From a candidate division FCPU426 bacterium (GTDB lineage Bacteria > Oederibacteriota > Muellerivitia > Muellerivitales > Muellerivitaceae), in assembly GCA_963847625.1 (NCBI GenBank), contig CAWKAR010000015.1:1-34271 (forward strand): 34,271 nt of DNA. The letters run 5' to 3'. Positions 25,963 through 34,271 of this stretch are shown one piece after another. Made by a program: the position numbers and the translations under genes. The notes under the pieces are model-generated. The model was given only the letters and a program-made list of their open reading frames with translations. It was not told where the DNA came from and ran no database searches. Each line of letters starts with the position of its first letter. The stretch's first letter is position 1.

Positions 25963-28085
25963 AATTTCATTTACCACCGTGTGGAAGGCTTTCTAAAATG
26001 TTTTGAGCCGAAGGATTGCTCGGATCGTTTTTCAAGACACGTTCCAAGCATAGTCTGGCTTCGTCGTACCGTTTAGCTAAGTAATAAAAGACGCCGAGTT
26101 TGTAGTAAAGGTCGAAATATTTCCCGCCTGATAGATTTAATGCTTCCAAGAAAAATGCCTCGGCAGTTTGAGGATGGTTTTCCAATAAAAAAAAAGTCCC
26201 CATATTTGAAATCCCGATGGGATAATTCGCCCGCGTGTAAAAACCCATCAATAAAAAATCCCATATAGTGGGTTCGGGAAGTTTGATGAATTCAGTTGCC
26301 CTTTCCAGGACCTGATTCTGGATATTGTATTCGGCCATAATTCTGGAATCGTCAAGGGTCGGTACTTGAGGCGCATAACCTTTTTTCAAATAAATTACGG
26401 TATTCTCATCCAAGTAAACCGGTCGCCAATCACTGTTATTTTGGAGATCAGCGACCCAACTCGTGGATATAGCTGGATTGAAAAATAGAATATTTGCGGA
26501 ATTTTGGTCCGCCAAGGATGTTATTTTTCCTGTGTACTGGGCTGAAATGTATTCTGTGAATAGTTTCTCGCCCATTACCTCCAGACGGCCATCGATAAAT
26601 ACCTTTTGAGGACCTTTCCAGTCCAACCAGCCTCCCGGATTCAAAGCATTTAATATCCTTCCATCTAAATGGTTTTGAATAAGGAAATCCGTGGCCCGAA
26701 CGGGTTGACTTTCATCGTTCACCCCAAGGCCGAAGCGTTCGGTTCGGCGGTCGTCCACATAATAGGCGTTTGTGATAACCCGCAAACCTAGACCCGAAAG
26801 TAGAGTTATTAGGATCAACGCAACCCATGATCTGGATAGAATCCCTTCTGTTATTTTGCGTAACCATGCCCATTCCAGGTCCTTCAAACAAGCGGCCGTA
26901 ATGGGCAGGCAAATGAGGATGAAAAGCGGAATGTTCCGTACGGCGTTTGCGGATAAATAAAAGAAAATGGCGACCAGGAAAAACTCGTGAATTTTCCGTT
27001 TCTTCCAGGTGATCAAGATCAAAAACAATAAAAGGAAACTGAATAGCTTACAACCCCATAACTGGGCAACCGGCATAATGGGAATGTCGTAATGGACCCA
27101 AGGGGACATGAATTCATTTATATTTGAATGGAAAAGTTTAGTGTGAAGTGTCTGCCAAAGTTGGAACGGGAATAATATCCCTCGGAAAAAATATGGGTTT
27201 AACAGGCATAAAACCATAGCCAGGCCCGAAAACCGCACCAACTTCGAATCTGCCCGGCGTTGATGGAAGATACCAGAAACCAAAAAACCAACCATCAATC
27301 CCCAACCCAGGATAAATAAACCTTCCATGTTGGCCCAAACAACCTGGAGGATTGGAAGAAGGAATAGAAAATCCCTTTTCCGGGCCGTTCTTTGCTCCAA
27401 TGTCCAAAGCATAACACTCATAAGCAACCAACTAATGATTTCGGGCCGGACCTGGAAACGAATTTCACATTCCCATATAGCCCATGCAAACAATAGTGTG
27501 GATATCCATGTAGGCGCACCGGTCAATCGAAGACGTGCCCATAGAAATGAAAAGACCGCGATTATTAAAACAACATTAAATAATGTAAGTAGCGGATAGC
27601 TGCCGGAAATAAAGAGCAGGTAAAGAACGACTTGATAAAGCCAATGGCCATCAACATAATCGTGATCGGGAACTGTGTAGGTGAAGGTATCCTTTGCGGG
27701 GAAACTATGATTTTGAAGTATCCACTGGCCACTCCTTAGGTGAAAACCCAAATCCAAGTCTTGAATGGTATGTGCGCTTAATAGGGCCAGTAGGAGGAAA
27801 CAAGAAATAAGTGCCCAGGACCAAGGATTAATAAAAAAAGATCGGATTGAGGCCGAAAGAGGACGGGTTTGTAGGGAAGATTGAGTTGACATTAGGTGGA
27901 TTATAACAAACGTTCCATATTTCAAATGGAGAAGAGATATTGAACTAGGGAGACCAAACAACAACCTTCTAAAAGCCCGATTTAAATCCATCTATTATCG
28001 ATATCGGGTCAATTTGAAAGAACATGTTATGATTTTGGGGATTAAAAAAGAATCAACCTTTGGTTCACGCTCGGTAAAATTCCAT
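25930..28085 (+). repeat. 41-bp imperfect direct repeat (25930-25970 and 28045-28085) flanking the membrane/TPR gene
   Basis: AAAAAGAATCAAGCTTTGGTGAATGCTCGGTAAAATTTCAT versus AAAAAGAATCAACCTTTGGTTCACGCTCGGTAAAATTCCAT, 36/41 identical. Confidence 0.85.
25967..27892 (-). CDS. Multi-pass membrane protein with C-terminal TPR (possible GT-C-fold glycosyltransferase-like)
   Basis: DLGFHLRSGQWI..DTFTYT..WLYQV, RPE, WANME, LLNPY, KVFIDGRLEV motifs; many TM segments; TPR-like C-terminus. Start moved from 27991 to ATG 27892 because a TGnTATAAT extended -10 lies 7 nt upstream. Confidence 0.75.
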   Translation of the reverse strand: MSTQSSLQTRPLSASIRSFFINPWSWALISCFLLLALLSAHTIQDLDLGFHLRSGQWILQNHSFPAKDTFTYTVPDHDYVDGHWLYQVVLYLLFISGSYPLLTLFNVVLIIAVFSFLWARLRLTGAPTWISTLLFAWAIWECEIRFQVRPEIISWLLMSVMLWTLEQRTARKRDFLFLLPILQVVWANMEGLFILGWGLMVGFLVSGIFHQRRADSKLVRFSGLAMVLCLLNPYFFRGILFPFQLWQTLHTKLFHSNINEFMSPWVHYDIPIMPVAQLWGCKLFSFLLLFLILITWKKRKIHEFFLVAIFFYLSANAVRNIPLFILICLPITAACLKDLEWAWLRKITEGILSRSWVALILITLLSGLGLRVITNAYYVDDRRTERFGLGVNDESQPVRATDFLIQNHLDGRILNALNPGGWLDWKGPQKVFIDGRLEVMGEKLFTEYISAQYTGKITSLADQNSANILFFNPAISTSWVADLQNNSDWRPVYLDENTVIYLKKGYAPQVPTLDDSRIMAEYNIQNQVLERATEFIKLPEPTIWDFLLMGFYTRANYPIGISNMGTFFLLENHPQTAEAFFLEALNLSGGKYFDLYYKLGVFYYLAKRYDEARLCLERVLKNDPSNPSAQNILESLPHGGK

Positions 28086-28153
28086 AAGAGGGTTAGGAAG
28101 CCTAAATATGTTGCTATTTCGATATAGCGTTTAACCCGTGAAACCGAATTTTA

Positions 28154-28335
28154 CTTGCCTATACGGAAAGCGCATCTTAAGTTGGATTCTACTGGTGCAC
28201 TCATGACACAAGTCTCCCCCTCTGAAAGAGGGGGAATAAGGGGAAGTTAGCCTTTTATCAACGACAAATACCCCCCCACCCCCCTTTTCAAAGGGGGGCA
28301 AAGAATTCGTGAGATGCACTTTCCGTATAGGCATG
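28154..28335. mobile_element. 182-bp MITE with 24-bp terminal inverted repeats and 8-bp target-site duplication
   Basis: Left CTTGCCTATACGGAAAGCGCATCT; right end reverse complement CATGCCTATACGGAAAGTGCATCT (22/24). GAATTTTA directly repeated at 28146-28153 and 28336-28343. Confidence 0.85.
28215..28298. repeat. Inverted pair of REP-like GC hairpins inside the MITE
   Basis: TCCCCCTCT-GAA-AGAGGGGGA (28215-28235) and CCCCCCTTT-TC-AAAGGGGGG (28279-28298), with G-rich/C-rich tails facing each other. Confidence 0.7.
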
Positions 28336-28415
28336 GAATTTTAATATAGACAATGAATATTCATTGATGTATTAACCGTAGTGATTTTCATCACTTTTAT
28401 TTTGGTGGTTTTCAA

Positions 28416-28625
28416 ATGGACGAATTCATATTTGAACACGCACCTACAGGAAAAAGATCAAAAATTAAGGCAAATAACTCAGATATAGCCATGATCCTTT
28501 GTTTCCAGATAAATGGCTGGTTACCAGGTGAAATCCTTTATCTTGGTCGTGCTTCCACTGTCGAAAACCTCTCCTTTTTAAAATACAGAGACGAACTCCA
28601 TTACATCCCCGGTGGTCGTTTCTAA
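28416..28625 (+). CDS. Small hypothetical protein (69 aa)
   Basis: ATG ORF with GGTGG upstream and protein-like composition; no recognised motif. Confidence 0.45.
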   Translation: MDEFIFEHAPTGKRSKIKANNSDIAMILCFQINGWLPGEILYLGRASTVENLSFLKYRDELHYIPGGRF

Positions 28626-28848
28626 AAAATTGCCTAAATTCGGGGAATCTTTTTTTTCAAGAAAGATACCCTTTTGAAGCGTAAAAACAGGAGAAGTAAT
28701 ATAATTAGATGACAAATTAAGTTGGGATCATTAGGGCCAACCTCAGTAACTGATAAATCCATAAAAAAATATAACGAGACGGGGAATAAAACCGCGCATA
28801 CCACCACTATATAGCAGAGATAAAGTCGTTTCTGTTTGGAGGCCACTC

Positions 28849-29943
28849 ATGGGAATCAAGAATTTTTGGACAGCGGGAATTTTATTAATAGTGTTTGTCT
28901 TGCCATTGGCTTGCCAACGTTACCTTCCTACCGCACCCAAACCAAAGGGAATAACCACACCCAATGGTGGTGTGGTATCGACTATTGCGGGGTCTGTTAG
29001 TGCGTTCGCTAACGGAACGGGAACTGGTGCAGCTTTCAATTGGCCCGCTGGTATAGCTGTCGATGCCTCTGATAATTTGTACATCGCAGATGCTGGCAAT
29101 CAATTAATCCGGTTAATAACAACCGGAGCCGTGGTTTCGACTATAGCTGGTCAAGTTGGGGTTACTGGTTCTATGAACGCAACTGGAACTTCAGCATCTT
29201 TCTTTGATCCAAGCGGAGTCGCCGTTGATACCTCGGGAAATATATACGTTGCGGATTACGCCAACTCACTTATTCGTAAAATCACATCGGGTGGCGTGGT
29301 TTCGACCCTGGCGGGTCAAGTTGGGGTTACAGGAGCTACTAATGCGACGGGGACTTCTGCGTCATTTAATTATCCTGAAGGAGTCGCGGTGGACACCTCT
29401 GGAAATGTATATGTCGCTGACACTGGTAATAATCTGATCCGGGTTATCTCTCCGGGGGGTGTTGTGTCAACTTTGGCGGGACAGGCTGGTGTTACAGGTG
29501 CCACTAACGCAACGGGCACTTCAGCATCTTTCAATAATCCCTATGGGGTTGCGGTTGACACTTCCGGAAATGTGTACGTCGCGGACACTGGTAATAATTT
29601 GATCCGGGTTATCACCTCAGGGGGTGTTGTGTCAACTTTGGCGGGATCAGGATCAGTTGGTTCGGCCAATGGAACAGGATCAGCTGCGTCGTTTAATAAT
29701 CCTTATGGGGTCGCTGTTGACTCTTCCGGAAATGTATACGTCGCGGACACTTACAATAATCTAATCCGGAAAGTAACTCTTGGGGGCGTTGTTACTACTT
29801 TGGCTGGATCAGGATCCATAGGGTCCGCAAATGGCACGGGAACGGCAGCTTCATTCTTTGCTCCTAATGGAGTCGCTGTTGACGTTTCCGGTGTTGTTTT
29901 CGTTGCAGATAGCGGCAACTACATAATCCGAGAAATTCAATAG
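28849..29943 (+). CDS. NHL-repeat beta-propeller lipoprotein
   Basis: GGAGG RBS; lipobox-like LPLAC; six repeats of FNxPxGVAVDxSGNVYVADTGNNLIRxI..VSTLAG. Confidence 0.9.
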   Translation: MGIKNFWTAGILLIVFVLPLACQRYLPTAPKPKGITTPNGGVVSTIAGSVSAFANGTGTGAAFNWPAGIAVDASDNLYIADAGNQLIRLITTGAVVSTIAGQVGVTGSMNATGTSASFFDPSGVAVDTSGNIYVADYANSLIRKITSGGVVSTLAGQVGVTGATNATGTSASFNYPEGVAVDTSGNVYVADTGNNLIRVISPGGVVSTLAGQAGVTGATNATGTSASFNNPYGVAVDTSGNVYVADTGNNLIRVITSGGVVSTLAGSGSVGSANGTGSAASFNNPYGVAVDSSGNVYVADTYNNLIRKVTLGGVVTTLAGSGSIGSANGTGTAASFFAPNGVAVDVSGVVFVADSGNYIIREIQ

Positions 29944-30345
29944 TTATGTTTTAAGGTGTTTAAGATATTTAATCGTGAAACAGGTAACATTATTAATCCG
30001 ATAACTTTTAACAAATACTCTTCCGCCGTAAAACTGCACGATAATTGACTTTTTTGCTTTATTGCGTGTAAAACATTCTGCCTAAATTGCACTTATTATG
30101 GCTATTTTTATTTTTTTCGAAAAATTAAACGGTTAACTCAAGTCATAATTTGCTCCTCCATAACAATCCGTAATAATTACTAGAAGAATGTTCCTTTTTT
30201 ATTTATTAAAAATAGAAACGTTAAAACTAAATTTTCCTTTTTTGTTTTGATTTTATTTTTTTAAGGACTAGTATTTTTCCCTGGCAGTATCTTTTTCAGC
30301 AACGTCTGACATTTGTAAGTTGATTTATAGTGGTTGGAGGCAGTG

Positions 30346-31413
30346 ATGCGCAGAGATTATTATTTTTTTATTTCTGTTTTTTCACTCATAACATTTTTTG
30401 GTTTAAGCTCTTTAGCTTATTGTCAAAATAGTGGCGCGGTATCCACTCTTGCGGGGTCGGCAGGGGTTAGTGCTTTTGCGGACGGAACAGGGAACGCCGC
30501 TGCATTTAATTGGCCCTTTGAATTAACGGTCGATTCGTCCAGTAATATTTACATTGCTGATTCCGGCAATCAAATAATCCGGAAAATTACTTCTGGGGTC
30601 GTGGTTACCACTTTTGCAGGCCAAGTCGGAATTATAGGTTCAACCAACGGAACGGGAACTGCCGCTTCCTTCTTTAACCCTTCAGGAATCTCCTTCGATT
30701 CGGCCGGAAATATTTATGTAGCGGACACGCTCAACAATCTGATTAGAGAAATTACCCCTGGTGGTGTAGTGACAACCCTGGCAGGGTCGGCGGGTGTCAC
30801 GGGTTCAACCAATGGGACTGGATCAGCCGCTTCTTTTAATAACCCTTATGGAGTTGCCGTTGATTCTAACGGCAATGTCTACGTCGCGGACACTCTCAAC
30901 AATCTGATTAGGGAAATTACCCCTGGTGGTGTAGTGACAACCCTGGCAGGGTCGGCGGGTGTCACGGGTTCAACCAATGGGACTGGATCAGCTGCTTCTT
31001 TTAATAACCCTTATGGAGTTGCCGTTGATTCTAACGGCAATGTCTACGTCGCGGACACTGGAAATAACCTTATACGGGAAATTGCCCCAGGGGGTGTTGT
31101 GTCTACTCTGGTGGGGTCTGGGTCTGCTGGATCATCCAATGGGACGGGAATTGCAGCGTCGTTTAATGGACCTTATGGAGTCGCGGTTGGTACTTCCGGA
31201 AATGTATATGTCGCGGACACATTCAACAATCTGATACGGGAAATTGCCCCAGGGGGTGTAGTGACAACCCTGGCGGGGTCCGGATCTATAGGTTCAGCAG
31301 ATGGAACTGGATCCGCGGCGTCATTCTTTTCTCCGAACGGAATCTCGGTTGACGCTTCCGGAAATGTGTACGTTGCGGATAGTGGTAATTACATCATAAG
31401 GATCATTCAATAA
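30346..31413 (+). CDS. Secreted NHL-repeat beta-propeller protein (paralog of 28849-29943)
   Basis: GGAGG at 30336-30340 favours ATG 30346; signal peptide; six NHL repeats; same C-terminus (ADSGNYIIRxIQ) as the paralog. Confidence 0.9.
   Translation: MRRDYYFFISVFSLITFFGLSSLAYCQNSGAVSTLAGSAGVSAFADGTGNAAAFNWPFELTVDSSSNIYIADSGNQIIRKITSGVVVTTFAGQVGIIGSTNGTGTAASFFNPSGISFDSAGNIYVADTLNNLIREITPGGVVTTLAGSAGVTGSTNGTGSAASFNNPYGVAVDSNGNVYVADTLNNLIREITPGGVVTTLAGSAGVTGSTNGTGSAASFNNPYGVAVDSNGNVYVADTGNNLIREIAPGGVVSTLVGSGSAGSSNGTGIAASFNGPYGVAVGTSGNVYVADTFNNLIREIAPGGVVTTLAGSGSIGSADGTGSAASFFSPNGISVDASGNVYVADSGNYIIRIIQ
30721..31050 (+). repeat. Tandem 165-bp (55-aa) NHL blade duplication
   Basis: 30721-30885 and 30886-31050 encode the same peptide and differ at 3 synonymous positions. 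Confidence 0.9.
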
Positions 31414-31459
31414 TTTATTTTCCTGTTTCATTGGTTTTTATTGGTAGGAGGACTCGTTT

Positions 31460-34271
31460 ATGCTGAAATCGTTTTTGCAAACAATTCGAATTTCCTTCAC
31501 CTATATCTTTGTGTTTTTTACTACCATTTCTTTTTTTCTTTTTTTATTTCCACAACAATGTCTTTCTCAAGTCACCCCAGCAACTATTTGCGTCTGCCTT
31601 AACAGTGGTGACGGAGGAGATTTAATCACCACCGACATAGGGAATCCTCAGGACGTTGGAAAGATTGGTGTAGTTGTTACGAATCCTTACTCAGGATGGG
31701 GAGCGGGTTGGCCGGGCTCCGTATGGATTTCAGACACCGCTGCTGCTCAAGTTGCGCCTCCTAATTCGAAAGGAACGGACCAAATTATATTTACACGGAC
31801 TTTAAATCTAACTTCTGATGAACTTGCCCAAGCGACTTTTTCATTACATACAAAATCCGATGATGCCGTAACGGTTCTTGTGAATGGTGTTCCAGTGGTA
31901 AGTTGCGGTGGCTTCACTCCACCTCCTGCACACGCTCCTTTACCTTTTTGTTTTCCTTACTTTACTTCTTTGTCAGGTTCAAACAGCACCTTTAATAATC
32001 AATTTCAATCTGGACCCAACACCATCACATTCGTTGATCAGGATGTTTATGGGGGAAATATCGCAATAGATTACAGTTTTTGTGCCTGCTATCCGGCACC
32101 TACCAACACACCGACAAAAACCGCAACTCCAACATCAACTTGGACTCCAACAATTACTCTTACACCCACACCAACCAATACCCCGACGAACACCCCTACT
32201 TTAACTTCTACAAACACTCCAACAATTACGCCTACACCTACTCCAACCAATACCCCAACCAATACACCCACACCAACGCCTACACCTACGAATACACCTA
32301 CACCCACTTTCACTTTTACCCCTACGAATACTCCAACAGCTACACCAACAAATACTCCAACTTACACATTTACATCGACTTCAACAAATACCCCGACTTA
32401 TACATCCACTAATACCCCAACGCCCACACCCACTAATACCCCTTCTTACACTCCCACATTAACACCAACAAATACCCCAACATTTACACCAACCCCAACC
32501 CCTACAAATACACCAACCTACACACCCACCTACACCCCCACCTCTACTAATACGCCGACTATTACTAATACACCAACTAAGACTCCAACAAGCACTAATA
32601 CCGGAACGTCGACCCGGACGCCCACGCGCACACCCACAGCTACTAAGACTCGAACACCAACAATCATGCCTACTGTTACGCCGACTAATACACATACGAG
32701 GACACCTACTGTTACACCCACGCGCACACCGACAGTTATGCCCACGTTTACACCTACTAATACTAGCACTCGCACGCCCACTGTGACTTTCACGCGAACG
32801 GGGACAATACTTCCTACAGCGACGCCGACTGTTACTAGGACCAGGACTCCCACACAAACTTACACTCGCACGAATACTGTCTTGCCAACTGCAACGCCTT
32901 CTAATACCCCAACCAGAACACCAACCATTACTCCTACACGAACTCCAACAATTCTACCTACTCATACACCATCCAACACCTCCACCAGGACACCAACAGT
33001 GACTCCAACCCGCACACCGACAATCTTGCCTACTATAACGCCGACCAATACACCGACTCGGACACCTACAGTGACTAATACTAGAACACCAACAATTACA
33101 GCGAGTGTAACGCCGACACCTACAATCACTATTTCTGCTACACAAACTTCTACAATTACATCGACACCTACGCCCATGTGCTGCGATCTATATTCGTTAG
33201 ATTTTGGATCTTCAGGTTCCGGATTGGGTCAGTTTAGTGGCGCGTGGGGTATAGCAACTGGAAGTGGGAGTGCAGCGGGAACTGTTTTCGTTGCGGACCA
33301 AGCAAATAATCGGATTGATGTATTTAACACAAATGGCATTCCCATCACTTATTTTGGTAATCCGGGCAGTGGAAGTGGGTCTTTCAGCGGCCCCTATGGG
33401 GTTGCTGCTGATTCTTCTGGAAATGTTTACGTCGCGGATCAAGGTAACAACTTGATTCAGAAGTTCACTTATAACGGAGCTGGTAATTATGGGTTTACTT
33501 CCCAATGGGGTGGCGGCGGAAATGGGAATGGTCAATTTGCTGGAATTTATGATGTTGCGGTTGATCCGACAGGAAATACTGTCTATGCGGTAGATATGGG
33601 TGATAACGGAGGAAGAATACAAGCCTTTTCTTCTATCGGAGGGTTTGAGGCTACCGCAAACAATTCTTTAACTTCTGGGTTATTTAGTAATCCTATGGGT
33701 GTAGCTGTGGGGCCTAATTATGTTTATGTAGCTGATGAAGGGCATAACCTCATCAAGAGGTTTGACTATCACCTAGATGTTTCCGGTTCCGCTTTTATAT
33801 CTTGGGGCGGAGGAGGTTCTGGAAATGGCAAATTTGGTTCTCCTCACCGCTTAGCGACTGACAGTTCGGGTAATGTGTATGTTTCCGATAGTGGTAATAC
33901 TCGTATTCAAGTATTCGATGCAAATGGAAATTATTTATGTCAGGTTAGTGATGCTGCGTCTACTTTTACAGGAGACTCACTTTTTGGAATTGCAGTCGAT
34001 CCCTCCTTAGATTTTTTTATTATTTATGCTGATGGCGGTGCTCAAGATAAGGTTTTTAAATATATTCCATGCGCAATTAATACACCCACAAACACACCGA
34101 CATTAACCAATACTCCAACCACAACGCCAACTGTGTGTTGCGGTCAGTTTTCTGTGTCATTTGGTTCTGCGGGATCTGGAAATGGCCAATTTAATTCCGC
34201 GTGGGGTATAGCTACCGGAAGCGGGGGTGCGGCAGGTACTGTATTTGTCGGCGATAAAAGTAATAATCGGA
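31460..34271 (+). CDS. Large secreted protein (3'-partial): lectin-like jelly-roll + Thr/Pro stalk + tandem NHL propellers; not in the ORF track
   Basis: AGGAGG at 31446-31451, ATG 31460; frame read by eye stays open to the window end. MLKSFLQ.. signal; VWISD..IFTRTLNL..KSDDAVTVLVNG..GPNTITF; TP linker ~32095-33175; NHL from CCDLYSLDFGSSGSGLGQFSGAWGIA; second propeller begins ~34136 CCGQFSVSFGSAGSGNGQFNSAWGIA. Confidence 0.9.
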   Translation, partial: MLKSFLQTIRISFTYIFVFFTTISFFLFLFPQQCLSQVTPATICVCLNSGDGGDLITTDIGNPQDVGKIGVVVTNPYSGWGAGWPGSVWISDTAAAQVAPPNSKGTDQIIFTRTLNLTSDELAQATFSLHTKSDDAVTVLVNGVPVVSCGGFTPPPAHAPLPFCFPYFTSLSGSNSTFNNQFQSGPNTITFVDQDVYGGNIAIDYSFCACYPAPTNTPTKTATPTSTWTPTITLTPTPTNTPTNTPTLTSTNTPTITPTPTPTNTPTNTPTPTPTPTNTPTPTFTFTPTNTPTATPTNTPTYTFTSTSTNTPTYTSTNTPTPTPTNTPSYTPTLTPTNTPTFTPTPTPTNTPTYTPTYTPTSTNTPTITNTPTKTPTSTNTGTSTRTPTRTPTATKTRTPTIMPTVTPTNTHTRTPTVTPTRTPTVMPTFTPTNTSTRTPTVTFTRTGTILPTATPTVTRTRTPTQTYTRTNTVLPTATPSNTPTRTPTITPTRTPTILPTHTPSNTSTRTPTVTPTRTPTILPTITPTNTPTRTPTVTNTRTPTITASVTPTPTITISATQTSTITSTPTPMCCDLYSLDFGSSGSGLGQFSGAWGIATGSGSAAGTVFVADQANNRIDVFNTNGIPITYFGNPGSGSGSFSGPYGVAADSSGNVYVADQGNNLIQKFTYNGAGNYGFTSQWGGGGNGNGQFAGIYDVAVDPTGNTVYAVDMGDNGGRIQAFSSIGGFEATANNSLTSGLFSNPMGVAVGPNYVYVADEGHNLIKRFDYHLDVSGSAFISWGGGGSGNGKFGSPHRLATDSSGNVYVSDSGNTRIQVFDANGNYLCQVSDAASTFTGDSLFGIAVDPSLDFFIIYADGGAQDKVFKYIPCAINTPTNTPTLTNTPTTTPTVCCGQFSVSFGSAGSGNGQFNSAWGIATGSGGAAGTVFVGDKSNNR

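Noticed and set aside
27893..27991. ORF-track N-terminal extension of the membrane/TPR gene
   Set aside because: It contains a promoter-like TGnTATAAT just before ATG 27892, so the shorter start is preferred (not proven).
28131..28334. 67-aa minus-strand ORF
   Set aside because: It coincides with the MITE and its hairpins and is not transposase-like.
28634..28846. 70-aa hydrophobic minus-strand ORF
   Set aside because: It starts 2 bp from the divergent NHL gene start and covers that gene's RBS/promoter space; cannot be supported, though a small membrane protein is not excluded.

Overview
Bacterial DNA, almost entirely + strand coding, in three blocks. (1) 158-15985 is a secreted hemicellulose/xyloglucan-degradation cluster. 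It holds a GH74 xyloglucanase-like protein and a non-catalytic lectin-like + CBM3-like protein, each on a ~1000-1200 aa alternating-Thr stalk ending in a T9SS/FlgD-Ig-like C-terminal tail, followed by a PA14-containing GH31 alpha-xylosidase and a GH39 beta-xylosidase with a PA14 domain inserted in its barrel. (2) ~16260-28340 is a mobile/accessory region. A tRNA-Gly(GCC) broken at the anticodon loop is surrounded by several sites copying its anticodon arm (GAGTGCAACC-N7-GGTTGCACTC) and by TTTGCCAC arm-like repeats. These sites bound a TetR-TolC-RND cassette and the start of a unit carrying a VirD4-like coupling protein, a Replic_Relax-like protein and a RelE-type toxin-antitoxin pair. A membrane/TPR gene flanked by a 41-bp direct repeat and a 182-bp MITE with an 8-bp target duplication follow. 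No integrase is visible in the window. (3) 28849-end holds two paralogous NHL-repeat proteins and a third Thr-stalk surface protein (lectin-like + NHL) that runs off the window and is absent from the ORF track. All family calls come from motif recognition by eye, not database searches.
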